The translations under genes and the position numbers were made by a program. Below, piece after piece: positions 6,297 to 15,577 of a stretch of DNA of 62,735 bases. The DNA is from Patescibacteria group bacterium (GTDB taxonomy: Bacteria > Patescibacteriota > Patescibacteriia > JAXHNJ01), in NCBI GenBank assembly GCA_043812155.1, contig JBDRMK010000007.1, positions 1 to 62,735 of the forward strand, written 5' to 3'. The notes beneath the pieces were generated by a model. It was not told the origin of the DNA and ran no database searches. It worked only from the letters and a program-made list of their open reading frames with translations. The number at the start of each line of letters is the position of its first letter. Position 1 is the first letter of the stretch.

Positions 6297-6869
6297 ATGA
6301 AAAACAAGAATGTTTTGTTTATTGCGGGTTTGATGATTCTTATGGTGTCTGGTATGGGATGCCAAAAAAGCAGTTCTGAGCGCTTGATTGCTCCTGCGTC
6401 GATCACAGAAGAGGTGATGAGTATTGTCCTCTATTCGGGTAGCGAGTCCGAAGAGGAAGTTTTGGCCGATATCGCTATCACCGAGAAAGCCACAGGTTAC
6501 CTTTTTAGCGTCGAGCAGAAAGAACAGATGCTCAAGGATTTCCGTAGCTTCCAGGAGAGCACGCTGTCGAAAAGTTCGGCGCAGACTCAGGCGATTGTCA
6601 CTGCCTATACCTGCCACTATGTTTACTCAGGCGACAAGGATCTTTACCTGGAGTACAAATGGTGGGACGGTTATCGGCACGCCTATTCTTTTCAAACGCC
6701 TAACTGGACACTCTATTGGTTGATTAAGGTTTGTTACGGCGGCCAGCTGACCAGCTGGACATGGATGGAGGGAGGATACCAGCGTGTTACCGCTATCGTC
6801 GGCTCGTGCGTTTATGTACCGCTGGGCGCCTCGTTTGTGCAGAGCTATCTCTGGGTGGTCTGGAACTAA
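6297..6869 (+). CDS. putative lipoprotein, function unknown
   Basis: The ATG at 6297 gives MKNKNVLFIAGLMILMVSGMGC (signal peptide plus lipobox-like Cys). It is visibly richer in G+C than its neighbours. Confidence 0.65.
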   Translation: MKNKNVLFIAGLMILMVSGMGCQKSSSERLIAPASITEEVMSIVLYSGSESEEEVLADIAITEKATGYLFSVEQKEQMLKDFRSFQESTLSKSSAQTQAIVTAYTCHYVYSGDKDLYLEYKWWDGYRHAYSFQTPNWTLYWLIKVCYGGQLTSWTWMEGGYQRVTAIVGSCVYVPLGASFVQSYLWVVWN

Positions 6870-6888
6870 GAACGAAGGTGATAAAAAG

Positions 6889-6928
6889 TGGGTAGCTTTC
6901 GATTGTTTATTCTTTCGGAAGCTACCCC
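6889..6928 (+). terminator. hairpin after the lipoprotein gene (weak T-run)
   Basis: gggtagctttc...ggaagctaccc. Confidence 0.5.
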
Positions 6929-6965
6929 TCTATTTATTAATTAATTATTTAGTAATATAATAAAT

Positions 6966-7196
6966 ATGCAAGAAAAAATTATGAAAAATCGCTTATTATT
7001 TTGGAGTTTAATTGCTTTTCTTTTCTCATATCTATTTATTGGGGTAATCCTTTTATTTATTTTTCCCGATAAGCAAGCCAATAATTATCTGAAAGAACTT
7101 TTAGCTAATTTTCCCCAGTCCACTCTATCTTTAGTAGGACATTTTTTAGCTCGGTTTTTTGAAATTTTACTTTGGCCGATTTATTTATTAACTTGA
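6966..7196 (+). CDS. small membrane protein, hypothetical
   Basis: 76-aa ORF with two hydrophobic segments (alternative ATG at 6981). Confidence 0.5.
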   Translation: MQEKIMKNRLLFWSLIAFLFSYLFIGVILLFIFPDKQANNYLKELLANFPQSTLSLVGHFLARFFEILLWPIYLLT

Positions 7197-7210
7197 TGCG
7201 TTGTTATGCA

Positions 7211-7357
7211 TGAAAGGAAGTGATAGGGATGGAGCAAAGCAGGCTACGTTAGCCGTGGCAGTGAAGTAAGCGGCTTGGGCAATAGAGATCTGTCTATTTG
7301 CCGAAGCCTATCGTTCATTCGGGTCGTTCTTTGAGAACGAAAGGCAAGGTAACAGAA
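7211..7357 (+). promoter_or_regulatory. conserved 5' leader, copy B
   Basis: Identical 37-nt core at 7272-7308. An upstream in-frame stop (atggagcaaagcaggctacgttag) shows the conserved part is non-coding. Confidence 0.55.
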
Positions 7358-8098
7358 ATGTTACGGAACAAGGGTCTGTTAGTGATGCTGGCGATTTTGG
7401 CCATTATGGTCATTTCGCCTTCCTGCGAAATGCTTGACCGGGAAGCGGAAAATCCGGTGGGGCCTGGAAGCGTGACGGAAAACCCTTCACAGAAGGATAA
7501 CCAAGACGGGCTACAAAAGGCGATGGTGTACAAGGATCCCATGAAGTGGCCGACGTCAATCAGCGACTTCCAGTGGCCGTTCGGGGCCTATGATTACGTG
7601 CGCGGTATTTGCGGCGTTCCCTGGCGACTTTGCTGCGGGTATGGTTGCTACCTTCATAAAAACACCTACTATCCCGGGGCTGGTAAATACGCAGTAGATT
7701 TTGTTCGCACGACTAGCTCCTGGACTGCGAACAGTTGGGTTCTTTCTCCGGCGAGAGGCGTAGTGGTTTTTTCGGGCTGGATGACTGGATATGGCAACTG
7801 CGTAGTGATTGATCACGACTACGGCCATACCGGCAGAGGATACAAGTCCATTGTCGCTCATCTGAAAGAAGATCCGCGTCGGTATGTGAACGTCGGCAAT
7901 GACCTTAAAGCGGGCACGTTCCTTGGTTACTGCTGGAACAGCGGTGGTAACTATGATTACCACATTCACTTCAGTATCTGGCAGAACAATGTTTCCGTGC
8001 CGTTGGCGGGTATTTCCGGCGACTATTCTATCTACCAGGGCGGGATTTATTACTCCGGTAATATTGCCGTCAGGCCGCCAGCCAACAGTCCGTGGTAA
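7358..8098 (+). CDS. M23 (LytM)-like metallopeptidase with signal/lipoprotein-like N-terminus
   Basis: GYGNCVVIDHDYG...YKSIVAHL and GG.YDYHIHFSIW match the M23 core including HxH. N-terminus MLRNKGLLVMLAILAIMVISPSC. Confidence 0.75.
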   Translation: MLRNKGLLVMLAILAIMVISPSCEMLDREAENPVGPGSVTENPSQKDNQDGLQKAMVYKDPMKWPTSISDFQWPFGAYDYVRGICGVPWRLCCGYGCYLHKNTYYPGAGKYAVDFVRTTSSWTANSWVLSPARGVVVFSGWMTGYGNCVVIDHDYGHTGRGYKSIVAHLKEDPRRYVNVGNDLKAGTFLGYCWNSGGNYDYHIHFSIWQNNVSVPLAGISGDYSIYQGGIYYSGNIAVRPPANSPW

Positions 8099-8114
8099 CC
8101 ATGTTCGTTCGAAA

Positions 8115-8143
8115 GGGGGAAGATAAGCAAGATTTCTTCCCCC
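8115..8143 (+). terminator. intrinsic terminator
   Basis: gggggaaga..tcttccccc followed by a T-rich tract. Confidence 0.6.
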
Positions 8144-8187
8144 ACAATTTTATCTTTTTTATTTTTAGAGTATAATATAATAATAAA

Positions 8188-9333
8188 ATGCCCAAAATTT
8201 CCAAGCAAAATTTTGCCATTATATCTCTTTTTGCCTTCCTAATAATATTATTGGGAGTTTTGGCTTATTTTATGGGTTTTATTTTCAGCGGCAAAATGCG
8301 AACAGTTAAACTTTTTGATTTAATTAAAAACGAGAAAATCATCTATAAACAGGAAACAGATAAAGAGGATCTATTATATCAAATGGACAATAAAAATAAG
8401 GCTCTTTTGACAGAAATTCCGGCGGGGGTGGATCAGCTAAAAATGTCTCCAGATGGGAAATATATACTATTTTATATCGGCGGTATGTCTGAAAGCCATT
8501 ATTATCTTTTTAATATTGCCACTAAAAGTTTAAAGGAAATAAATTTAGCGGAAAAAGGACAAATATTATCCATTATCTGGAATAATGACGGCCAAAGTAT
8601 TTATTACTTGGCGGGCGAATATGATAAATGTTGTATTTCGAAGCTTTATCTATATAGTTATAATTTTGCCAGCGATACCCGGCAATTAGTGAATGATTTG
8701 AAAAATATAATTTCTAATCAGCAAATTACTACCTCCAGTCTAGGAAAAGTTTTAAATGATGATATATATATTTATTCCGTTATTTCTGAAGGCAAAAACT
8801 TGATTATAGATAAATATAATCTAGAAGAAAAAAGCGGCCAAAAAGTGGCGGATTTTTCCGCTTATGAGAATCCCAGCTTCAACATATCCAATCAAGTATA
8901 TTGGCTTGATAATTACAATGTTATTACCAGTTTCTTTAATAATTCGTCCCGCTGGGTGTGTGTGGTATATAATCTTCAGACAAACAAGACCAAGGAAATC
9001 ACGAATTGCAGCACTTACACCGCTTTTGAAAGTCTGGCGAAAAATTTTTCCCTGGCAGGTGACAATAAGAATATGGTTTATTTTGACCACCCGAACCTGG
9101 TAAATGACAAAGAGACCAATTTAAACTTCTATGATTTTGAGAATAACGAGCTGAAAGTCCTGGATCAATTCACCTATCAGGTTTCTGTTCCCGTTGTTAC
9201 CTGGCTGCCGGATAATTCCGGCGTTTTATACAGCTACGACCAACAGACTTTTGTTTATGATTTTAACAAGAATAAAATAAAAAAAGTTTTATTGCCGGAA
9301 GGTGTGGAACTGTTAAATATATATAGTTTTTAG
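8188..9333 (+). CDS. membrane-anchored beta-propeller-like protein (TolB/PD40-like repeats)
   Basis: N-terminal TM segment. SPDGKYILFY and DGQSIYYLA resemble PD40 repeat motifs. Confidence 0.6.
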   Translation: MPKISKQNFAIISLFAFLIILLGVLAYFMGFIFSGKMRTVKLFDLIKNEKIIYKQETDKEDLLYQMDNKNKALLTEIPAGVDQLKMSPDGKYILFYIGGMSESHYYLFNIATKSLKEINLAEKGQILSIIWNNDGQSIYYLAGEYDKCCISKLYLYSYNFASDTRQLVNDLKNIISNQQITTSSLGKVLNDDIYIYSVISEGKNLIIDKYNLEEKSGQKVADFSAYENPSFNISNQVYWLDNYNVITSFFNNSSRWVCVVYNLQTNKTKEITNCSTYTAFESLAKNFSLAGDNKNMVYFDHPNLVNDKETNLNFYDFENNELKVLDQFTYQVSVPVVTWLPDNSGVLYSYDQQTFVYDFNKNKIKKVLLPEGVELLNIYSF

Positions 9334-9440
9334 GCATATTTAAATAATGGGAAAATGCCCTATCGCATCCAGGTGGAAAGGAGATTTTTTAATTTACTTT
9401 TCTTATGGTATGATATTAATGATAATTATTTCGCTAATCT

Positions 9441-10790
9441 ATGCGCCAAACATTCAAGGAAGTGAATAAAGAATCGTCATATATTCTGGCTAAAGCCGGC
9501 CGGCCGCTTTTTGGCGAGGTGGAGGTGGCCGGAGCCAAGAACATGGTGACTAAGATCATGACCGCCTGCTTACTCGCCAAAAAAGGGAAGCTTATTATCC
9601 GTAATGTGCCGCAAATAGGCGAGGTTTTCCTGACTTTGCAGCTTTTTGACCAGTTGGGGGTGAAATATAAGATGAATTCCGACAAGACTTTGGAAATTGA
9701 ACCGTCAGGTTTTAAATCTTCGGAAGTGAAATTCAAAGGCGAGGAAGGCAACCGCATCTCGCTTCTGCTGGCGGCGCCGGTCATCGCCCAGTTCGGGGAA
9801 GCGGTCATTGCCCGGCCCAAAGGCTGCAAGATAGGGGAGCGGAAGATTGATTTTCATGTTGAGGGCTTGAAAGCTTTCGGCGCCGAGATCAAGGAAACCG
9901 AGGACGCTTTATTTCTGAAATTAAAAAGCGGCCGGCTGAAAGGCGCCCATGTCCGTCTGCCTTTCCCAAGCGTGGGAGCCACGGAAAATCTTATCATCAC
10001 TGCCTCTTGCGCGGAAGGGGAATCTATTATTGATAACTGCGCCATAGAGCCGGAGATCATCAAAATGGTGGAATTCCTGCAGAAGGGGGGCGTGGAAATT
10101 TTGATCAGAGGGGATCGCTCCATTTATATCCGCGGCACGGATGATTTAAAGCTTTCTGATGTGACGATCATTCCTGACCGGATAGAAATCGTTTCCCTGG
10201 CCTGCGCTGCATTGGCCACCAAGGGCGATATATTTATTAAAGGCGCGCGGCAGGATTTGGTCCTGACTTTTTTGGGCGTGCTGCAGCGTTTAGGGGCGGG
10301 GATTGAGATCCGGGAAAACGGCATCCGTTTTTATTATCAGGACAATATGAAGCCGATGGCCGTGACCACGGAAGTCTATCCCGGCCTGCCCACGGATTTC
10401 CAGCAGCCATTGGCCATTTTGCTTTCGCAGATCAAAGGCACTTCCCATTTGCATGAAACTATTTTTGAAAATCGCTTTGAATATCTGAACCGGCTGAACG
10501 GCGTGATTAAAACCGGGAAGAAATTTGTCTTGGCACAAGATTGTCCGACTGATGATCCTTGCCGTTTTAAAGGCAAAGGCTTTAGCCATTACGCGGAAAT
10601 CACCGGCCCGGTTAGCTATGGCCAAGGCCAGGTGAGCATTTGTGATCTAAGAGCGGGCTTCGCCTTATTAACTGCTGGTCTTCTGTCTGATGGCTTGAAA
10701 ATCGTGAATCTGCCTCTGCTTTTCCGCGGCTATGAAAATCCGGTGGGGAAGTTAAAAAGCCTGGGGGCGGACGTGGAATTATTCGTTTAA
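9441..10790 (+). CDS. murA: UDP-N-acetylglucosamine 1-carboxyvinyltransferase
   Basis: GEVEVAGAKN...IIRNVPQIGEV at the N-terminus, catalytic-loop Cys (PKGCKIGERKIDFH), EPSP-synthase-type fold length (449 aa). Confidence 0.9.
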   Translation: MRQTFKEVNKESSYILAKAGRPLFGEVEVAGAKNMVTKIMTACLLAKKGKLIIRNVPQIGEVFLTLQLFDQLGVKYKMNSDKTLEIEPSGFKSSEVKFKGEEGNRISLLLAAPVIAQFGEAVIARPKGCKIGERKIDFHVEGLKAFGAEIKETEDALFLKLKSGRLKGAHVRLPFPSVGATENLIITASCAEGESIIDNCAIEPEIIKMVEFLQKGGVEILIRGDRSIYIRGTDDLKLSDVTIIPDRIEIVSLACAALATKGDIFIKGARQDLVLTFLGVLQRLGAGIEIRENGIRFYYQDNMKPMAVTTEVYPGLPTDFQQPLAILLSQIKGTSHLHETIFENRFEYLNRLNGVIKTGKKFVLAQDCPTDDPCRFKGKGFSHYAEITGPVSYGQGQVSICDLRAGFALLTAGLLSDGLKIVNLPLLFRGYENPVGKLKSLGADVELFV

Positions 10791-10848
10791 ATAATTATCT
10801 TAATTTTGGCCTGATTAATATTCTGGCTTTTTTTGTATATTATAAAGC

Positions 10849-10910
10849 GGGAAAAAGGATTTATAAACCATAGACCCTGTTGAGGGTGTATTTATGGTTT
10901 CCTTTTTCCC
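10849..10910. other. 62-nt near-perfect hairpin downstream of murA
   Basis: gggaaaaaggatttataaaccata..accctgttgagggt..tatttatggtttcctttttccc. Confidence 0.5.
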
Positions 10911-11029
10911 ACGAATATAAAGATAATATTGTTGTTTATTTTTGTCAAATTGTTTGACTGTGGATAGTTTGACAAGGGGAGTGTTTAGGTATTAAGATTG
11001 ACTTAGGTGGCTTGAAGGAGCCATTTTTT

Positions 11030-11443
11030 ATGTATAAAAATTCTAAATCCGAAATCCGAAACTCTAAACAAATCCTAATTTCTCAAATTCCAAATCCTAA
11101 ACCCGCTTCCTACGACTTAGAGAAGAGAACCTTTAACTTTGCCAAGCAGGTTATTGGGTATGTTTATCGTTTGCCGAAAAATATGGCTAATTATGAAATT
11201 GGTAAACAATTGATTCGATCAGCCGGTTCGGTTGGGGCGAATTATATTGAAGCAAACGAGTCTTTAGGCAAGAAAGACTTTAGAATGAGAATTAAAATAT
11301 CTAAAAAAGAAGCGAAGGAAACACGTTATTGGTTGGCTTTGACCCTGCCTATCAAAGAGGAGGAGGCGGAAAAAGAGGCATTAATCCAGGAATCGACGGA
11401 ACTGATGAAGATTTTTGGCTCAATTGCTGAGAAAAGTCAATAG
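11030..11443 (+). CDS. four-helix-bundle protein (IVS/Avd-like family)
   Basis: YDLEKRTFNFAKQV...GKQLIRSAGSVGANYIEANES...KDF..R..IS.KEAKET.YWL. The N-terminal low-complexity residues are encoded by the hairpin arm. Confidence 0.85.
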   Translation: MYKNSKSEIRNSKQILISQIPNPKPASYDLEKRTFNFAKQVIGYVYRLPKNMANYEIGKQLIRSAGSVGANYIEANESLGKKDFRMRIKISKKEAKETRYWLALTLPIKEEEAEKEALIQESTELMKIFGSIAEKSQ

Positions 11444-11517
11444 TTTGGAACATTGGAATTTCGAGCTTCGAATTTGTCTAGGATTTAGGATTTAGTGCTT
11501 CGGATTTAACCATAAAC
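11036..11517. repeat. hairpin cassette whose loop carries a four-helix-bundle gene
   Basis: The left arm aaaaattctaaatccgaaatccgaaactctaaacaaatcc... mirrors the right arm tttggaacattggaatttcgagcttcgaatttgtctaggatttaggattt. Confidence 0.65.
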
Positions 11518-11673
11518 ATAACTTGTCCTTTCTCTCAAAACATGCTATAATATAACCATCACTAAACACTCAAAACAAAAACAAATGCTTTTGATTTTTG
11601 GGCTAAAATTAAAGCAGTTTTATATATTAAAGAGGGCGCTTTTGTAACGAAGAGCGCTTTTTTGTTTTAAATT

Positions 11674-12342
11674 ATGTTAGTCCGCGGATATATTCTTATT
11701 GTTATAGGTTTGATAGAGGTGTTTTTAGGCCTTTGGTTTCTTTTTCGTTATAAAAGATCGGCTATTAATAATTGGTATGTTGTTTTTGTCTCTAGCGTCG
11801 CTTTTTGGGTGTTGGCTAACGCGGGCATCTATTTTTACACTAATAATTTAGACCAAGCGCAATTTTACAATCAACTGACTTGGCTTGGCGGCGTTTTCGT
11901 CGCTTTTGCTTTTCTCTTTTTTAGTTTCTATTTTCCCATTACTCTGAAGCCGGTTAAAAGATATTCTTACCTTTTAATTATTATTCCGTTGATTTTGTTT
12001 GTTTATCTTATTTTCTTTTCTGATTTATTTGTGACCGGAATGGCTTTTGAAGGAAATAACCAGAAGTTTTTCACAGGCTCTCTCTTTTTTCTTTTCCCAG
12101 TCTATTTCTTTTTCTATTGGATATGGGGGATAATTAATTTATTGCTTAAGCTAAAAACAACCGACGGCATACATGTCCAGCAATTAAAATTATTATTAAC
12201 TGGCGTAATCATTTCTTCCGTGTTTATTGTCATATTTGATCTCATTTATCCTTTAATAGGCAAAGCCGTGATTTCCGGCCTTGGTCCGGAACTTACCCTC
12301 GTCTGGCTAGGGTTTACGAGTTATATAATTTTGAAGAAATAA
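11674..12342 (+). CDS. stand-alone 7TM module related to the N-terminal 7TM domain of histidine kinases
   Basis: Multi-TM protein. The DGIHVQQLKLLLTGVIISS motif parallels the equivalent segment in the next ORF and in the kinase at 15578. Confidence 0.65.
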   Translation: MLVRGYILIVIGLIEVFLGLWFLFRYKRSAINNWYVVFVSSVAFWVLANAGIYFYTNNLDQAQFYNQLTWLGGVFVAFAFLFFSFYFPITLKPVKRYSYLLIIIPLILFVYLIFFSDLFVTGMAFEGNNQKFFTGSLFFLFPVYFFFYWIWGIINLLLKLKTTDGIHVQQLKLLLTGVIISSVFIVIFDLIYPLIGKAVISGLGPELTLVWLGFTSYIILKK

Positions 12343-12343
12343 A

Positions 12344-13027
12344 ATGGACATTATTTACTGGGGAAATTTCATCTTGATTCCGATCGCGATTTTGGAATTT
12401 GCCTTAGGTTTATACATGATTTTTCGCAAACCTCGCAGTGCGGTTTCGGTTTCGTTTGCCATTTTTTGCTTTAGCGTGGCCTTATGGGTGTTTAGCAATG
12501 GTTTTGGATTTATTGCCACAAGTAAAATGTTTCAATGGTTTTGGTGGAATTTAACTTTTCCTGCCGCCAGCGCCATTGCCTCAGTTTTTTTATTCTTTTC
12601 CTGGGTGTTTCCTTATAAATCAAAAGATATAAAAATCAGAGATTATATCTTGATTATAACGCCGACCGTATTCTTCAGTATAACTTTAATATTCACTGAT
12701 TGGTTTATAAAAGATATAGATTACACTAAATACCCGCCGCAATTTGTATTCGGTTTTCTTTTTCATATTTTCGCCATTTTTTTTCTTATCTTTTGGATCG
12801 GAGCATTTATTAATTTGGTATTAAAGTATAGAAAAAGCGATGGCATTCATCGCTGGCAACTGAAATATCTGATTTGGGGCGTGGCCTTTTCTTCAATTTT
12901 CGGCATGGCTACAAATTTACTATTACCTTGGGTTATGCATCTAATCACATTTTCATATGATTTTATTGGCCCAGGTTCTTCAATTATTTGGCTGGGAATG
13001 GTGAGTTATATAATTTGGAAAAAGTAG
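12344..13027 (+). CDS. stand-alone 7TM module, paralogue of 11674-12342
   Basis: Same topology and motifs (ALWVFSNG, SDGIHRWQLKYLIWGVAFSS). Confidence 0.65.
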   Translation: MDIIYWGNFILIPIAILEFALGLYMIFRKPRSAVSVSFAIFCFSVALWVFSNGFGFIATSKMFQWFWWNLTFPAASAIASVFLFFSWVFPYKSKDIKIRDYILIITPTVFFSITLIFTDWFIKDIDYTKYPPQFVFGFLFHIFAIFFLIFWIGAFINLVLKYRKSDGIHRWQLKYLIWGVAFSSIFGMATNLLLPWVMHLITFSYDFIGPGSSIIWLGMVSYIIWKK

Positions 13028-13092
13028 ATTATTTCATAAGTCTAAAAAGTAGTATTGAATTGAAACGGAAAGTAATTTTTTAAGACAAAATA

Positions 13093-14418
13093 ATGATTTC
13101 TTATAAGATACTTCATTTCTTTCTTGCCCCGTTATTTAGGTTGTGGATTAAAGATGTTATCGGTCTTGAGAATATTCCTAAAAGAGGTGGCGTAATAATT
13201 GCCATAAACCACAAAAGTTACTTTGACTTTTTGTGCTTTACGAGCATTTGTCCAAGAGAGATCAGATTTATGGCAGCCGACAAGTTCTATAAAAGCAAGT
13301 TCTGGCTGCCAATAATGAAGTTAACCCATCAAATTAAAGTTGATCGCACAGCAAAAGATAAAAGTAAAATTTTTGCAGAAGTTTTAACAGTATTAAATAA
13401 TGGCGGAATTTTTGGTATTTTTCCCGAGGGCACACGTTCTCGGACAGGTGACTTACAAAAAGCGTTTCCTGGAGTCGCAAAGTTATCTTTTTTATCTAAA
13501 GCGCCGGTAATACCAGTGGGTATTGAAGGAACATTTAAAATTTTACCGCCAAATAAAAAAATTCCCAGCCTTCGTAAATGCAATATTAAAGTAGGCAAGC
13601 CCGTGTATTTTAATAATTTGTATGACAGAGTACAGACAGAATCTCTATACCACAATTTAGCTCATCATATAATGCATAATATAGGGGATTTAAGCGGAGA
13701 AGCCTACAAGTGGTTTGTCAGAAGAAATTTTTCTTTTTTAAATATAAGCGGCGGAAAAAAAGTTGTATTCTTTGATGTTGATAATGTATTAATAAAAGGA
13801 CAAAGTTATCGATTATTTGTTCATTATTTATTTAAAAAGAATATCATTTCATTTACACAATTGTTTGCTTCTAAGTTATTATTTTTACTTTATGATTTTA
13901 ATATATTAAGACATTCTGACAAAGTAAGAGAGCTTCATTTTAATGTAATTAAAAGAATAAAAATAAATGATTTTAGAGAAATAGCCCAAAATTTCTTTAC
14001 TGATGTTATAAGGGATAGAATAAGTAGCCATGCTCTAGGAAGACTTAGGACTCATAAGAATAATAACGACATTATTATTTTATTCTCAACATCATTGGAA
14101 GATATTTTGGAGCCTTTAAGGCGATATGTTAACGCGGATTTATTGATTGCGACAAAACTTAAAATAAAATACCCTTATTACACCGGAAAAATTGATGGTT
14201 ATTCGCCACACGGCAGAATGAAAGTGGCAGTAGTTCAAAATTTTATTAACAAACACAATTTTGATAGGAGAAATATTTATGCTTATGCTGATCATTATTC
14301 GGATTTAGATTTATTGGAATTTGTTAATTATCCCGCAGTTGTAAATCCCGATCTTAGATTAAAGAAAGTAGCTATTAATAGAAAATGGCCGATATATCAT
14401 TGGAATAATAATAAATAA
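13093..14418 (+). CDS. fusion of a 1-acylglycerol-3-phosphate O-acyltransferase (PlsC-like) domain with a HAD-IB-type hydrolase domain
   Basis: HX4D (NHKSYFD) and FPEGTRS acyltransferase motifs at the N-terminus. FFDVDNVL (DxD) and ADHYSDLDLL HAD motifs at the C-terminus. Confidence 0.8.
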   Translation: MISYKILHFFLAPLFRLWIKDVIGLENIPKRGGVIIAINHKSYFDFLCFTSICPREIRFMAADKFYKSKFWLPIMKLTHQIKVDRTAKDKSKIFAEVLTVLNNGGIFGIFPEGTRSRTGDLQKAFPGVAKLSFLSKAPVIPVGIEGTFKILPPNKKIPSLRKCNIKVGKPVYFNNLYDRVQTESLYHNLAHHIMHNIGDLSGEAYKWFVRRNFSFLNISGGKKVVFFDVDNVLIKGQSYRLFVHYLFKKNIISFTQLFASKLLFLLYDFNILRHSDKVRELHFNVIKRIKINDFREIAQNFFTDVIRDRISSHALGRLRTHKNNNDIIILFSTSLEDILEPLRRYVNADLLIATKLKIKYPYYTGKIDGYSPHGRMKVAVVQNFINKHNFDRRNIYAYADHYSDLDLLEFVNYPAVVNPDLRLKKVAINRKWPIYHWNNNK

Positions 14419-15575
14419 TGTCTGTAAATTTAGTAAAATATAATATAAATATTAGTCTTGTTGAGCAAATACAAAATTTACTGCTTCCATTTAATATTAA
14501 TTTTGGTAAAAGAGTTTTTATAAAGTCAAATTTATCTGCTAGGCCGCCGGAAATCAAGGGTGAAAATACTTCATTATTATTTATTGATGCTTTAGTAAAA
14601 TATTTAATAAATAGTAAATGTTCAGAAATAATAGTCGGCCATTCTTCCTTGATTGGAACAAAAGAAAAATCTTATCCTTTTGAATTATTAATAAAAGCTT
14701 CTGGTTTTTATAAATTGTTAAATAATAAGCAGGTAACACTATTAGATCTTGATAACGTTGAGCGCCAGGAGATAGAAATAAATAGTTTTAAGTATAAAAT
14801 TCCAAAGATAATACATCAAGTTGATTCTTATATTAATTTGGGAGTTTTGAAGACTCACATGGAAACAACTGTGAGTCTCTCAATGAAAAACCAAATGGGT
14901 CTACTTGAATTATTTGGAAGAAAGGATTTCCACAAGAAGTCTTTAGAAAAACCAATTGCATATTTATCTAAAATGATAAAACCAAAAATTTCTATATTGG
15001 AGGGTATTATTGGAATGGAGGGTAATGGTCCTCACGATGGCACATCTAAAAAGGCTAATTTAATAATAGCAAGTGATAACATGTTAGAATTAGATACATT
15101 AGGATGTTATCTAATGGGTATTGATTATGAAAATATTGAACATATAAAAGAAGCCAAAAAAATAGGAGTAGGTAATTTTATTAATATAGAAACAGAAAAT
15201 AAATATAAAGATTATATAGTCAAATTTAAACAAGCAGAAAAAATAATTAGTTACGGAAAAAAAATAAAAGTATATCCTACTACTAGTTGTTCTTTTTGTC
15301 AGCAGGTATTAAGAACGGCAGGCAAAAAGTTAAAAAGTAATTTCAAAACAGCTATAATTTTTCTCTATAAAGCATATTTTTCAAAAAAGGAAATTCGCAT
15401 AATTATGGGTACGGGTAAAGGTTTGGAATCATTTGATAGTGATGATATTATTATACCAATAGGTATTTGTACAAAGGAATGGTGCGAAAAAAGAAATTTA
15501 AATGGTATTTACGGATGTCCTCCTGATATTAATATAGTTTCGGAATTAATTCTCAATAAGATTAAAGGTAAATAG
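14418..15575 (+). CDS. DUF362-like protein
   Basis: LKTHMETTVSLSMKNQMG and GMEGNGPH resemble the DUF362 core. Cys pairs at the C-terminus. Confidence 0.6.
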   Translation: MSVNLVKYNINISLVEQIQNLLLPFNINFGKRVFIKSNLSARPPEIKGENTSLLFIDALVKYLINSKCSEIIVGHSSLIGTKEKSYPFELLIKASGFYKLLNNKQVTLLDLDNVERQEIEINSFKYKIPKIIHQVDSYINLGVLKTHMETTVSLSMKNQMGLLELFGRKDFHKKSLEKPIAYLSKMIKPKISILEGIIGMEGNGPHDGTSKKANLIIASDNMLELDTLGCYLMGIDYENIEHIKEAKKIGVGNFINIETENKYKDYIVKFKQAEKIISYGKKIKVYPTTSCSFCQQVLRTAGKKLKSNFKTAIIFLYKAYFSKKEIRIIMGTGKGLESFDSDDIIIPIGICTKEWCEKRNLNGIYGCPPDINIVSELILNKIKGK

Positions 15576-15577
15576 CT

